Source of the DNA: Minutocellus sp. GHC0000111
Lineage: Eukaryota
Length of the DNA stretch: 64,000 bases
Direction: 5' to 3'
NCBI GenBank assembly: GCA_977018835.1
Contig: OZ361258.1
Span: 4,092,001 to 4,156,000, forward strand
The notes under the pieces were generated by a model. It did no database searches and was not told the DNA's origin. It saw only the letters and a list, made by a program, of their open reading frames with translations. The translations under genes were made by a program, and so were the position numbers. Each line of letters begins with the position of its first letter. Positions within the stretch are counted from its first letter, which is position 1. Positions 35,540 to 47,780 of this stretch are shown here, in pieces.

Positions 35540-37718
35540 CTACCGCAATTCTGCACTCGGCAAATTCTTCCACGCCTCCGGCCATATGTTGTCTGGAACC
35601 ACAATCTCGTGTCGAAAAGCACCGGGAAGGAAAATGTCACTCGAATACCTCTGGTCAACAAACTTGATTGCTTCCCTGGGCATTCCAGATACCGTGAGGC
35701 TACATCCTTTTGGTATGCCCGGAAGTTTCTTCTTGTTTCCATAGCCGCCGAGGTGGCTCTTCTGTTCTAGAACATTGATGGTATAGCTTGTGGATTCGCC
35801 ATTGTCCTCTCTTGATACAATTTCACATGGGTGATTCCTTGGCATGGCTTCCGACGGTTCCCAGCTTGCGGTAACTGGCGAGCCTTCCGTTAGCAGGGGA
35901 ATGTTATAGTAGCACCACATTTCCACATTTGAGGGATATGGATCAATTTGCTGTTCTTTCGTAGTTCGTAAAATTTTGTAGCTTTCGTCTGCAACTTTGT
36001 TCATTTCGCTAGCACTGACCCAATCTTTGGAGTCTTCCGGAAGGGAGCAGCTTTGTACATAATTATCCCAAGCTTTCTGCCAAGACTCGCCGTAGTCCAG
36101 AAAGACCTCTTCGCCCGGTTCAATATCTTTCGTGGCGACGAAATCAAGCATAAGCTGAGCTCCGGCGAGATCATCCTTCTCCAACCATTCAATAGGCTTG
36201 TAATACCACTCGTGATTAGGATCGGACCACTGTAATCTGACGTTTGCGCGGGCGTAATTGTGATTAATCATTGCTGCCCCCGGACCGTATGGAGTCAGAA
36301 GCATCGAAGATTCTGGATGACCAAATGCGTAGTTCATCATCAACTGATATCCTACGTGAATAGCAGATTCAGAATCGCCTCGGACGTAGTCCCCATTCTC
36401 ATCTGTTTTGTTTTGAGCATACATTTTAAAGAAGTCTCTTCCCCTCGGGATGTGAATGAGAGGTGCGGAGATGACGATATCGCCCTTTGAAATGACCCGG
36501 GTTGCGATGGCGCCTCTTCCAGCCTGTGCTATTGTGCTAGGCTGAGGCCGAATATTATCGATGCATTTGCCATTCTTCTTGAACCACTCGGGAGACTTAA
36601 TTTCCTGTAGAATGTGTTTCAAGCCACCCTTCTCAATAGCTAGTTCAGCATCATGTAATGTTTCCGGGAGAGCATTGGCCACCCGCTTCATGTTTGAAGC
36701 AACGAACTGATGCCTCATATTGCTCCAAAATTCCTTCTTTGTGATATTCGCCGCGGTGCTGTTGTCACTGCCAGAAAGATGGTCCTTGTACACTTCGTCA
36801 AAATTCATGAGGAACTTATATGCTTCTTCGTAGTCTTGCTTGAGAGGAACGTGCCTCCATTTTCTTCTACTCGAAAAGTATTCAGGGCCATAGTCAACAA
36901 AGAGTTCAGCACCAGCTGGTACGGAATCGATCGTGGTCGCCTTCCTATCGTAGTATGGACTAATAGCTCCGGCACCAACGTCCCGAGATCGGTGGAGACC
37001 GGCGGAACCATACCTTGGGAGGCCTTCATCCACATTGAGCAATCCCTGATGACTGTTCAGTAGTGCTCCGGCACCGGCACTTATGACTCCAACGTCACGC
37101 ATGCGCATGGACTTGCCCGACCAAATATAGTTTCGATAAAGGAAGTGATAGTCCTTGTGCTTGTAGTCGCCCTGGTTGTGCCAGTTGATGTCAATGAAGG
37201 GGATGGCAACGTCGCCAGAGGCGATTTGTACGCCCTTCGGCAGGTCGGTTGCCGTAAAGACTCCATAACCACCGTTGGGAATTGTGCTCGGTGCAAGGTA
37301 CAGTGCACATTCTTCCGGCCAGCCTTCTATGGACTTCTTTCTGCTGCTACTTGGTGCATCGGCTGCCGGCTCGTTAAGTTGTTCTTCATTCATGTATGTG
37401 TCGGCCAGTGAAAGTCCTTTTGTCGATCCCTTATCATTCTTTCCTATAAGTAGATCTAGTCCAAACACTCTCTGTTGTCTTGGATCAGCATGAGATTGCC
37501 ACTGAACTGCAAACGTTACTGCTGCTGATGTCAGGAGAAGAGACAGCACCCGGCGGGCAACATGCGCACCTTGGCAATCGCATTTGATCCTCCCATCCTG
37601 ATGCCCGTGGTGTTGCCGAGTATCGATGTTTTGGTTGCCAATTTCACGATCGAATGGTAGTTCGACGTCCTCCAGACATTTGGTGCGAGGGGACTGCCGT
37701 CTGCTAACCGTGGACATG
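35540..37718 (-). CDS. Membrane-anchored tandem SET-like domain protein (diatom-expanded family); the ORF extends to 37993 but the likely start is MSTVSRR near 37718
   Basis: CALYLAPSTIPNGGYGVF, LLNSH, GAELFVDYG; second unit STIAQAGRGAIATR, MINHN, DIEPGEEVFLDYG; one N-terminal TM segment. Confidence 0.8.
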
Positions 37719-38186
37719 CTGTCTTGTTCTGCACTTTTCTCTTGGACGCTTCCCGATCCTTGTTTCCCAATCAAATGCGTGTAGTACACATTGTTGTTCT
37801 TTCGAACACACTCACTCGTTTCTCGTCGTTTATTTGAGCCACCGATCTTGTAGAGCACAGCCTTTGTTTCGGCCCTTTCGGTGCACCGCCGAAGCAAGGG
37901 TTCGCAAGGTTTTGCTTTACCACATTTCGTTGGGTTCGCATTCTTTGAAGGCTCCGCAAAAAATACAAACAAGATGAAGCGCAAGCGAACCATGGCGACG
38001 ATGGCGACGATGGGCGGTGAAACCAGAAGAACGATAGATGGATTTCGGCGCGGGGCGCTACTAGTATGTCTGATCTCCGTGGAAACGAAGGCCAGGATGG
38101 TCTCCCGTGAGCAAGGGTGTTTAGGTGGCAGAGATCGTGCTGATCGTCAGCGGCACATGCATGTTTGCCGACTTGCGAAAACCAGC

Positions 38187-38987
38187 ATGTGCCTGCAGCT
38201 GTTTGTGCTGCTTTCGATAGCACTATCAATGGTACAGTTGGCCGAGGCTCGCCTTGTTGGCAGCGGAAACCGGCAGCTCAAGCAGCAGCAAGATATCCAA
38301 GACAAATTCAGCCAAATGCCCAAAAAACACGAAGAAAACAGACGAAAGGAAGTGAGTGCAGAATTTGAAGCCAAGTACCCATCGATGGCTGCCGAGATTC
38401 GCCGACGACATCAACAGGAACAGGAGGTAGAGCAAGACTACGAATTTGAGAGTGATGCAAGCGATCGCAGCGAGTTTCCAGATGTTGTTGATGTTGTCGA
38501 CATGTCCCAATCGCGAGGTTTACAGTCGGCCACACAGCACCTCAAAGTGACACCGACAAATGAAAGCACCAAGCCACTCGTCACCCTTACGCTTGCCAAG
38601 CAGCCATCCTCATCTGAAGTCAGCAACGCCAAGGCTATCAAAGGCCTAAATCGCCGTGGCGCTCAAACACTGGATGTCGAATTCCTTCTAGATAGGCCAG
38701 AACGACAAACCCAGACGAAATTTCATGTTCCAATGAATCTCGTGGCATTAGCCATGGGGCGATCAGATGGACTTGTCATCACGGCCGAGGAGGAGGGCCA
38801 CAAAGTAAATGGAAGTGTTACGGGAATGGATAGGTTTGTTGTCTCGGAACAGAATAGTGCTGGTGGCAGCAATGGCGATAGAGATCCCAAGCACGATGGC
38901 CTTCATCTCATGGCCGTGGCACCACCGAGTAAGCCACCGGCGTCGTTGGACCCACCTCTTCTTGATGAGACCATTCTTCCTCCGTGA
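38187..38987 (+). CDS. Predicted secreted hypothetical protein, copy 1
   Basis: Signal peptide MCLQLFVLLSIALSMVQLAEA and SRGLQ pro-site-like motif; may be C-terminally truncated. Confidence 0.55.
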   Translation: MCLQLFVLLSIALSMVQLAEARLVGSGNRQLKQQQDIQDKFSQMPKKHEENRRKEVSAEFEAKYPSMAAEIRRRHQQEQEVEQDYEFESDASDRSEFPDVVDVVDMSQSRGLQSATQHLKVTPTNESTKPLVTLTLAKQPSSSEVSNAKAIKGLNRRGAQTLDVEFLLDRPERQTQTKFHVPMNLVALAMGRSDGLVITAEEEGHKVNGSVTGMDRFVVSEQNSAGGSNGDRDPKHDGLHLMAVAPPSKPPASLDPPLLDETILPP

Positions 38988-39390
38988 TGTTACGATGATT
39001 ACTGATGTGGTGCCATGATTATCCCTGCCTTCCCTTTCTTTTTTAAAAAGGTGTGGTAGAAACTTCTACATGTATTTGAACTTTGCTTTACAATTTAAGA
39101 TAGCCAAGGAACATGCCCTTGTTTGACTATCGATAGCTGGTTCGCTTTCAAGCTGACTAGACTCGCCAGCCAGACGCCTTGCACTTTCTCCATACCAGTG
39201 TAGCAGATATCAGCAGTTGTCCTCGCAAGTCATAGGTACCACGCTACTGAACTAGCTAGAACTGATATATTGTCACACCAGAATATTATTTTACTTTGCA
39301 CTGTACTATCTGCTGGCGTACTCACCGGTATTTTTTCATTAATTTGTACAAGCCTACTAGTACATGTACCGGTAACTACGTAGCTGGTCC

Positions 39391-40706
39391 TCAGGCCCAC
39401 TCCAACCGCATCATGTCAAGAAACATATCAAGTTTATCAAATGATTTGATTGGAACCATGCAAGTGTTGTCATAATCTGTGTCTTCAATTTCAAGACCGA
39501 AAAGAATGTGTTTCACAGAAAATGCCATATTTCGCGGATCCTGTTCCGTTCCATGAAAATAAGCGTCCTCGCCGCGCAAGTTATCTGCGTCAACAGCAGC
39601 TGTTGATCGTAGGTTCTGGTTAGCCTGATGGTTTGGCGGTTTCCCACAGATTTGTTTGTACATGACCCACGGCGCACCGAATTCATCTGGAGCTTCAACC
39701 TCACACTTCTCGGAAGACGACTGCAGGACCTTGATTACTTTCCCATCAGATTTGCGCAAAATTGAAATGTTGAGCTGGAAGACATCTTCTTCACGCGAAC
39801 GTTCGTGCGTTGTATCGGGATTGGTCACAAATACCTCTTTTCCGAGTGGGAGAGTTAGCCAGCCGCTGGATGAGAACATTTGCTGTAATCCCTGGATAAA
39901 AGTCCACCGCTGGCACAGGAACACGCCGTCTCTTCGTATATATTTTGGTGATCGGAGCCCACTTTGCGGAAACAAGACGCAAGTGGAAACATTCGATGAA
40001 GCGACTGCAGCGGCATGATGCACTCGGTGCCATCATTATTGACCTTGACGAGATTCGGCATATCCACCAGAATAAATAGTTCATCATCGCTGTCAAGGGA
40101 GCGGGGCTTCACAGTTGCTGGCCTCTTCCGCCTAAGGTAAAAATCACGAAAGGTGGTCCCAGACAGAGCACCTGCGTCTATCAAAGATTTAACCATATCC
40201 GGCCACTCTTTCGTGGCAAGTGCCTTCCAAAGACGGTCCGACTCGGGTCCGGTGACTGTCCGCTTCCAAGGCGTGGAAACCTCCGCCGAACGGCTCAGCT
40301 CGACTCCACTCAAGCATGGGAGGATGGACGACCCCAGAAGCATCGGGTCTGTCATGACTTGGGCAATGGGGTCACCATCATCAGGGGAAGCGGACATACT
40401 TGAGTCACCCTCTGCAGCAGCAGTGGTATCCGTCTCCTCATGCTTTCGCTTCTTCGTTGGGTTGGCGCTCGCATGCGCAGCAGCAGCGCCGGCGGTATCG
40501 GCAGACGCCACCGAGAGCAGGGCTGCGAGTTCAGCCTCCTGACGGGCAATGCGTTCGGTTAGCTCAGCCAGCTGGCGCCTATCAGTCTGCAGACTCTTGC
40601 GAAGGGCGTCGATTGCTGGGTTATCAGTCTGCAGACTCTTGCGAAGGGCGTCGATTGCTGGGTTACTTTCGCCTGCCATGTTTCCGGCGCTGTTCTTGGT
40701 CTCCAT
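39391..40706 (-). pseudogene. F-box-like protein, frameshifted, copy 1
   Basis: SILPCLSGVELSRSAEVSTPWK...SDRLWKALATKEWP is F-box-like. The frame changes between about 39860 and 40020. Confidence 0.6.
40581..40664. repeat. Perfect 42-bp in-frame tandem duplication (NPAIDALRKSLQTD x2), present in all three unit copies
   Basis: ATCAGTCTGCAGACTCTTGCGAAGGGCGTCGATTGCTGGGTT occurs twice. Confidence 0.95.
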
Positions 40707-40983
40707 TGTACTGGTCGTACTGCAAATTATGAGCCGGGAGAACGAATTTCCTGAAAACTCGAATTGTATTAGCCTAAACCTAAATCTGTGCGTCCGTCCG
40801 TCCATCATTTTCCCCCGCAAAGCGGAACGAACTACTCGCATACCGTACCAGCAGACTCTACATGTAGCTAGGTCCTAGCTAGCTACGTAGTACCATTTTG
40901 GTACGTAGTAGGGGTTTCTTTCTCGTACACACCGCGTGTTATTGATATTGGTAGCAGGAAGGAAGGTGGCTAAGATCTGAACT

Positions 40984-42048
40984 ATGATGAGTGGTGGCAA
41001 AGAGGAGAAAGCGATGACCGATGAAGCTGATCAACAGACAAACACAATGGCATTGCCCGACCATGAGGAACCCATCACCGAGTTCCGCAATCAATGCCGC
41101 AAGTTCTATCGACGTAGTACGTCGGTGATGCAGAGTTCGGGATCGCTTCCTGGCTTGCTAGATGAGGATGCCACATCAAACGGAACTGATAAGTACCTCT
41201 CGCCCAAAAATGATGGCGAAAATGACACGAGAAGCCTCATCGTTGTTGAGGCAATCGAATGGTTAGTTGAACAGTCCCACAACAGTTCATCACCGCAGCA
41301 ACAACAGCCATATGCATCCTTCTTGAAAGCCCAGTCGGCCGAAAACATTGATATCTTGACTTCATGTGGCCTCCCTACAACGGAAGACGATGCTCGAAAA
41401 ATCCAGGGAGATGCACTGGAACACTTCCTTGCCATCCGTACCGTGGAGCGCAAACAGGCGCATGAAGTGAAAATGTTGGAGCGATATCACATGTTACAAG
41501 ATATCTTGGTCGAGATGAGCTCAGCCAAAACCAGTGCAACTGCTGATTCGCCGACATTTGTCACCACCCGAAATGACCTGAGACGAATGCGTAGGGCCAT
41601 ACGAGACTTTGTTCGCAAATATCATGAATCTGCAATTGCGTCCCATCCATTTTTGGCGGGCATTCGCAAAGCATTGAGGATGCAAGTGGGTAGCAATGCG
41701 GAAGTTCCTGTCGAATGTACAGTGGTTTGGACGTTGGATCGTGCTGTATTGACCGAAGCGGTGAAGACATCGAAGTGTGGAGCCGGTGGGGATGATGCCT
41801 ATGTTCGTGACGCTGTCGGTATGCTGACATCATTTATGACTCGGAGGCGAAACGATGGGTTTGAATCATCGAAAGACGAGGAGCATGATCTCACTTTTGA
41901 AGTAAACCCTATACTCAGTGATAGAACACTTGAAAAATTATTGGAGGTCGTACCGAAGGAGAAGGACTTGCATGGTCGACCGACATTGTTGTTCTTTCGA
42001 ACACACTCACTCGTTTCTCGTCGTTTATTTGAGCCACCGATCTTGTAG
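40984..42048 (+). CDS. Hypothetical protein, copy 1, with chimeric C-terminus created by the duplication junction
   Basis: Identical to 49374-50492 up to HGRPT, then reads LLFFRTH... from the start of the unit. Confidence 0.7.
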   Translation: MMSGGKEEKAMTDEADQQTNTMALPDHEEPITEFRNQCRKFYRRSTSVMQSSGSLPGLLDEDATSNGTDKYLSPKNDGENDTRSLIVVEAIEWLVEQSHNSSSPQQQQPYASFLKAQSAENIDILTSCGLPTTEDDARKIQGDALEHFLAIRTVERKQAHEVKMLERYHMLQDILVEMSSAKTSATADSPTFVTTRNDLRRMRRAIRDFVRKYHESAIASHPFLAGIRKALRMQVGSNAEVPVECTVVWTLDRAVLTEAVKTSKCGAGGDDAYVRDAVGMLTSFMTRRRNDGFESSKDEEHDLTFEVNPILSDRTLEKLLEVVPKEKDLHGRPTLLFFRTHSLVSRRLFEPPIL

Positions 42049-42381
42049 AGCACAGCCTTTGTTTCGGCCCTTTCGGTGCACCGCCGAAGCAAGGGTTCGC
42101 AAGGTTTTGCTTTACCACATTTCGTTGGGTTCGCATTCTTTGAAGGCTCCGCAAAAAATACAAACAAGATGAAGCGCAAGCGAACCATGGCGACGATGGC
42201 GACGATGGGCGGTGAAACCAGAAGAACGATAGATGGATTTCGGCGCGGGGCGCTACTAGTATGTCTGATCTCCGTGGAAACGAAGGCCAGGATGGTCTCC
42301 CGTGAGCAAGGGTGTTTAGGTGGCAGAGATCGTGCTGATCGTCAGCGGCACATGCATGTTTGCCGACTTGCGAAAACCAGC

Positions 42382-43182
42382 ATGTGCCTGCAGCTGTTTG
42401 TGCTGCTTTCGATAGCACTATCAATGGTACAGTTGGCCGAGGCTCGCCTTGTTGGCAGCGGAAACCGGCAGCTCAAGCAGCAGCAAGATATCCAAGACAA
42501 ATTCAGCCAAATGCCCAAAAAACACGAAGAAAACAGACGAAAGGAAGTGAGTGCAGAATTTGAAGCCAAGTACCCATCGATGGCTGCCGAGATTCGCCGA
42601 CGACATCAACAGGAACAGGAGGTAGAGCAAGACTACGAATTTGAGAGTGATGCAAGCGATCGCAGCGAGTTTCCAGATGTTGTTGATGTTGTCGACATGT
42701 CCCAATCGCGAGGTTTACAGTCGGCCACACAGCACCTCAAAGTGACACCGACAAATGAAAGCACCAAGCCACTCGTCACCCTTACGCTTGCCAAGCAGCC
42801 ATCCCCATCTGAAGTCAGCAACGCCAAGGCTATCAAAGGCCTAAATCGCCGTGGCGCTCAAACACTGGATGTCGAATTCCTTCTAGATAGGCCAGAACGA
42901 CAAACCCAGACGAAATTTCATGTTCAAATGAATCTCGTGGCATTAGCCATGGGGCGATCAGATGGACTTGTCATCACGGCCGAGGAGGAGGGCCACAAAG
43001 TAAATGGAAGTGTTACGGGAATGGATAGGTTTGTTGTCTCGGAACAGAATAGTGCTGGTGGCAGCAATGGCGATAGAGATCCCAAGCACGATGGCCTTCA
43101 TCTCATGGCCGTGGCACCACCGAGTAAGCCACCGGCGTCGTTGGACCCACCTCTTCTTGATGAGACCATTCTTCCTCCGTGA
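42382..43182 (+). CDS. Predicted secreted hypothetical protein, copy 2
   Basis: Copy of 38187-38987 with two amino-acid differences. Confidence 0.55.
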   Translation: MCLQLFVLLSIALSMVQLAEARLVGSGNRQLKQQQDIQDKFSQMPKKHEENRRKEVSAEFEAKYPSMAAEIRRRHQQEQEVEQDYEFESDASDRSEFPDVVDVVDMSQSRGLQSATQHLKVTPTNESTKPLVTLTLAKQPSPSEVSNAKAIKGLNRRGAQTLDVEFLLDRPERQTQTKFHVQMNLVALAMGRSDGLVITAEEEGHKVNGSVTGMDRFVVSEQNSAGGSNGDRDPKHDGLHLMAVAPPSKPPASLDPPLLDETILPP

Positions 43183-43585
43183 TGTTACGATGATTACTGA
43201 TGTGGTGCCATGATTATCCCTGCCTTCCCTTTCTTTTTTAAAAAGGTGTGGTAGAAACTTCTACATGTATTTGAACTTTGCTTTACAATTTAAGATAGCC
43301 AAGGAACATGCCCTTGTTTGACTATCGATAGCTGGTTCGCTTTCAAGCTGACTAGACTCGCCAGCCAGACGCCTTGCACTTTCTCCATACCAGTGTAGCA
43401 GATATCAGCAGTTGTCCTCGCAAGTCATAGGTACCACGCTACTGAACTAGCTAGAACTGATATATTGTCACACCAGAATATTATTTTACTTTGCACTGTA
43501 CTATCTGCTGGCGTACTCACCGGTATTTTTTCATTAATTTGTACAAGCCTACTAGTACATGTACCGGTAACTACGTAGCTGGTCC

Positions 43586-44901
43586 TCAGGCCCACTCCAA
43601 CCGCATCATGTCAAGAAACATATCAAGTTTATCAAATGATTTGATTGGAACCATGCAAGTGTTGTCATAATCTGTGTCTTCAATTTCAAGACCGAAAAGA
43701 ATGTGTTTCACAGAAAATGCCATATTTCGCGGATCCTGTTCCGTTCCATGAAAATAAGCGTCCTCGCCGCGCAAGTTATCTGCGTCAACAGCAGCTGTTG
43801 ATCGTAGGTTCTGGTTAGCCTGATGGTTTGGCGGTTTCCCACAGATTTGTTTGTACATGACCCACGGCGCACCGAATTCATCTGGAGCTTCAACCTCACA
43901 CTTCTCGGAAGACGACTGCAGGACCTTGATTACTTTCCCATCAGATTTGCGCAAAATTGAAATGTTGAGCTGGAAGACATCTTCTTCACGCGAACGTTCG
44001 TGCGTTGTATCGGGATTGGTCACAAATACCTCTTTTCCGAGTGGGAGAGTTAGCCAGCCGCTGGATGAGAACATTTGCTGTAATCCCTGGATAAAAGTCC
44101 ACCGCTGGCACAGGAACACGCCGTCTCTTCGTATATATTTTGGTGATCGGAGCCCACTTTGCGGAAACAAGACGCAAGTGGAAACATTCGATGAAGCGAC
44201 TGCAGCGGCATGATGCACTCGGTGCCATCATTATTGACCTTGACGAGATTCGGCATATCCACCAGAATAAATAGTTCATCATCGCTGTCAAGGGAGCGGG
44301 GCTTCACAGTTGCTGGCCTCTTCCGCCTAAGGTAAAAATCACGAAAGGTGGTCCCAGACAGAGCACCTGCGTCTATCAAAGATTTAACCATATCCGGCCA
44401 CTCTTTCGTGGCAAGTGCCTTCCAAAGACGGTCCGACTCGGGTCCGGTGACTGTCCGCTTCCAAGGCGTGGAAACCTCCGCCGAACGGCTCAGCTCGACT
44501 CCACTCAAGCATGGGAGGATGGACGACCCCAGAAGCATCGGGTCTGTCATGACTTGGGCAATGGGGTCACCATCATCAGGGGAAGCGGACATACTTGAGT
44601 CACCCTCTGCAGCAGCAGTGGTATCCGTCTCCTCATGCTTTCGCTTCTTCGTTGGGTTGGCGCTCGCATGCGCAGCAGCAGCGCCGGCGGTATCGGCAGA
44701 CGCCACCGAGAGCAGGGCTGCGAGTTCAGCCTCCTGACGGGCAATGCGTTCGGTTAGCTCAGCCAGCTGGCGCCTATCAGTCTGCAGACTCTTGCGAAGG
44801 GCGTCGATTGCTGGGTTATCAGTCTGCAGACTCTTGCGAAGGGCGTCGATTGCTGGGTTACTTTCGCCTGCCATGTTTCCGGCGCTGTTCTTGGTCTCCA
44901 T
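43586..44901 (-). pseudogene. F-box-like protein, frameshifted, copy 2
   Basis: Copy of 39391-40706. Confidence 0.6.
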
Positions 44902-45178
44902 TGTACTGGTCGTACTGCAAATTATGAGCCGGGAGAACGAATTTCCTGAAAACTCGAATTGTATTAGCCTAAACCTAAATCTGTGCGTCCGTCCGTCCAT
45001 CATTTTCCCCCGCAAAGCGGAACGAACTACTCGCATACCGTACCAGCAGACTCTACATGTAGCTAGGTCCTAGCTAGCTACGTAGTACCATTTTGGTACG
45101 TAGTAGGGGTTTCTTTCTCGTACACACCGCGTGTTATTGATATTGGTAGCAGGAAGGAAGGTGGCTAAGATCTGAACT

Positions 45179-46243
45179 ATGATGAGTGGTGGCAAAGAGG
45201 AGAAAGCGATGACCGATGAAGCTGATCAACAGACAAACACAATGGCATTGCCCGACCATGAGGAACCCATCACCGAGTTCCGCAATCAATGCCGCAAGTT
45301 CTATCGACGTAGTACGTCGGTGATGCAGAGTTCGGGATCGCTTCCTGGCTTGCTAGATGAGGATGCCACATCAAACGGAACTGATAAGTACCTCTCGCCC
45401 AAAAATGATGGCGAAAATGACACGAGAAGCCTCATCGTTGTTGAGGCAATCGAATGGTTAGTTGAACAGTCCCACAACAGTTCATCACCGCAGCAACAAC
45501 AGCCATATGCATCCTTCTTGAAAGCCCAGTCGGCCGAAAACATTGATATCTTGACTTCATGTGGCCTCCCTACAACGGAAGACGATGCTCGAAAAATCCA
45601 GGGAGATGCACTGGAACACTTCCTTGCCATCCGTACCGTGGAGCGCAAACAGGCGCATGAAGTGAAAATGTTGGAGCGATATCACATGTTACAAGATATC
45701 TTGGTCGAGATGAGCTCAGCCAAAACCAGTGCAACTGCTGATTCGCCGACATTTGTCACCACCCGAAATGACCTGAGACGAATGCGTAGGGCCATACGAG
45801 ACTTTGTTCGCAAATATCATGAATCTGCAATTGCGTCCCATCCATTTTTGGCGGGCATTCGCAAAGCATTGAGGATGCAAGTGGGTAGCAATGCGGAAGT
45901 TCCTGTCGAATGTACAGTGGTTTGGACGTTGGATCGTGCTGTATTGACCGAAGCGGTGAAGACATCGAAGTGTGGAGCCGGTGGGGATGATGCCTATGTT
46001 CGTGACGCTGTCGGTATGCTGACATCATTTATGACTCGGAGGCGAAACGATGGGTTTGAATCATCGAAAGACGAGGAGCATGATCTCACTTTTGAAGTAA
46101 ACCCTATACTCAGTGATAGAACACTTGAAAAATTATTGGAGGTCGTACCGAAGGAGAAGGACTTGCATGGTCGACCGACATTGTTGTTCTTTCGAACACA
46201 CTCACTCGTTTCTCGTCGTTTATTTGAGCCACCGATCTTGTAG
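45179..46243 (+). CDS. Hypothetical protein, copy 2, chimeric C-terminus
   Basis: Copy of 40984-42048. Confidence 0.7.
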   Translation: MMSGGKEEKAMTDEADQQTNTMALPDHEEPITEFRNQCRKFYRRSTSVMQSSGSLPGLLDEDATSNGTDKYLSPKNDGENDTRSLIVVEAIEWLVEQSHNSSSPQQQQPYASFLKAQSAENIDILTSCGLPTTEDDARKIQGDALEHFLAIRTVERKQAHEVKMLERYHMLQDILVEMSSAKTSATADSPTFVTTRNDLRRMRRAIRDFVRKYHESAIASHPFLAGIRKALRMQVGSNAEVPVECTVVWTLDRAVLTEAVKTSKCGAGGDDAYVRDAVGMLTSFMTRRRNDGFESSKDEEHDLTFEVNPILSDRTLEKLLEVVPKEKDLHGRPTLLFFRTHSLVSRRLFEPPIL

Positions 46244-46576
46244 AGCACAGCCTTTGTTTCGGCCCTTTCGGTGCACCGCCGAAGCAAGGGTTCGCAAGGT
46301 TTTGCTTTACCACATTTCGTTGGGTTCGCATTCTTTGAAGGCTCCGCAAAAAATACAAACAAGATGAAGCGCAAGCGAACCATGGCGACGATGGCGACGA
46401 TGGGCGGTGAAACCAGAAGAACGATAGATGGATTTCGGCGCGGGGCGCTACTAGTATGTCTGATCTCCGTGGAAACGAAGGCCAGGATGGTCTCCCGTGA
46501 GCAAGGGTGTTTAGGTGGCAGAGATCGTGCTGATCGTCAGCGGCACATGCATGTTTGCCGACTTGCGAAAACCAGC

Positions 46577-47377
46577 ATGTGCCTGCAGCTGTTTGTGCTG
46601 CTTTCGATAGCACTATCAATGGTACAGTTGGCCGAGGCTCGCCTTGTTGGCAGCGGAAACCGGCAGCTCAAGCAGCAGCAAGATATCCAAGACAAATTCA
46701 GCCAAATGCCCAAAAAACACGAAGAAAACAGACGAAAGGAAGTGAGTGCAGAATTTGAAGCCAAGTACCCATCGATGGCTGCCGAGATTCGCCGACGACA
46801 TCAACAGGAACAGGAGGTAGAGCAAGACTACGAATTTGAGAGTGATGCAAGCGATCGCAGCGAGTTTCCAGATGTTGTTGATGTTGTCGACATGTCCCAA
46901 TCGCGAGGTTTACAGTCGGCCACACAGCACCTCAAAGTGACACCGACAAATGAAAGCACCAAGCCACTCGTCACCCTTACGCTTGCCAAGCAGCCATCCT
47001 CATCTGAAGTCAGCAACGCCAAGGCTATCAAAGGCCTAAATCGCCGTGGCGCTCAAACACTGGATGTCGAATTCCTTCTAGATAGGCCAGAACGACAAAC
47101 CCAGACGAAATTTCATGTTCAAATGAATCTCGTGGCATTAGCCATGGGGCGATCAGATGGACTTGTCATCACGGCCGAGGAGGAGGGCCACAAAGTAAAT
47201 GGAAGTGTTACGGGAATGGATAGGTTTGTTGTCTCGGAACAGAATAGTGCTGGTGGCAGCAATGGCGATAGAGATCCCAAGCACGATGGCCTTCATCTCA
47301 TGGCCGTGGCACCACCGAGTAAGCCACCGGCGTCGTTGGACCCACCTCTTCTTGATGAGACCATTCTTCCTCCGTGA
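46577..47377 (+). CDS. Predicted secreted hypothetical protein, copy 3
   Basis: Copy of 38187-38987 with one amino-acid difference. Confidence 0.55.
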   Translation: MCLQLFVLLSIALSMVQLAEARLVGSGNRQLKQQQDIQDKFSQMPKKHEENRRKEVSAEFEAKYPSMAAEIRRRHQQEQEVEQDYEFESDASDRSEFPDVVDVVDMSQSRGLQSATQHLKVTPTNESTKPLVTLTLAKQPSSSEVSNAKAIKGLNRRGAQTLDVEFLLDRPERQTQTKFHVQMNLVALAMGRSDGLVITAEEEGHKVNGSVTGMDRFVVSEQNSAGGSNGDRDPKHDGLHLMAVAPPSKPPASLDPPLLDETILPP

Positions 47378-47780
47378 TGTTACGATGATTACTGATGTGG
47401 TGCCATGATTATCCCTGCCTTCCCTTTCTTTTTTAAAAAGGTGTGGTAGAAACTTCTACATGTATTTGAACTTTGCTTTACAATTTAAGATAGCCAAGGA
47501 ACATGCCCTTGTTTGACTATCGATAGCTGGTTCGCTTTCAAGCTGACTAGACTCGCCAGCCAGACGCCTTGCACTTTCTCCATACCAGTGTAGCAGATAT
47601 CAGCAGTTGTCCTCGCAAGTCATAGGTACCACGCTACTGAACTAGCTAGAACTGATATATTGTCACACCAGAATATTATTTTACTTTGCACTGTACTATC
47701 TGCTGGCGTACTCACCGGTATTTTTTCATTAATTTGTACAAGCCTACTAGTACATGTACCGGTAACTACGTAGCTGGTCC

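Noticed and set aside
37719..38186. ORF-track N-terminal extensions of the SET gene (to 37993) and the secreted protein (from 37881)
   Set aside because: They overlap each other on opposite strands across an apparent divergent promoter. Downstream ATGs give better TM or signal-peptide starts.
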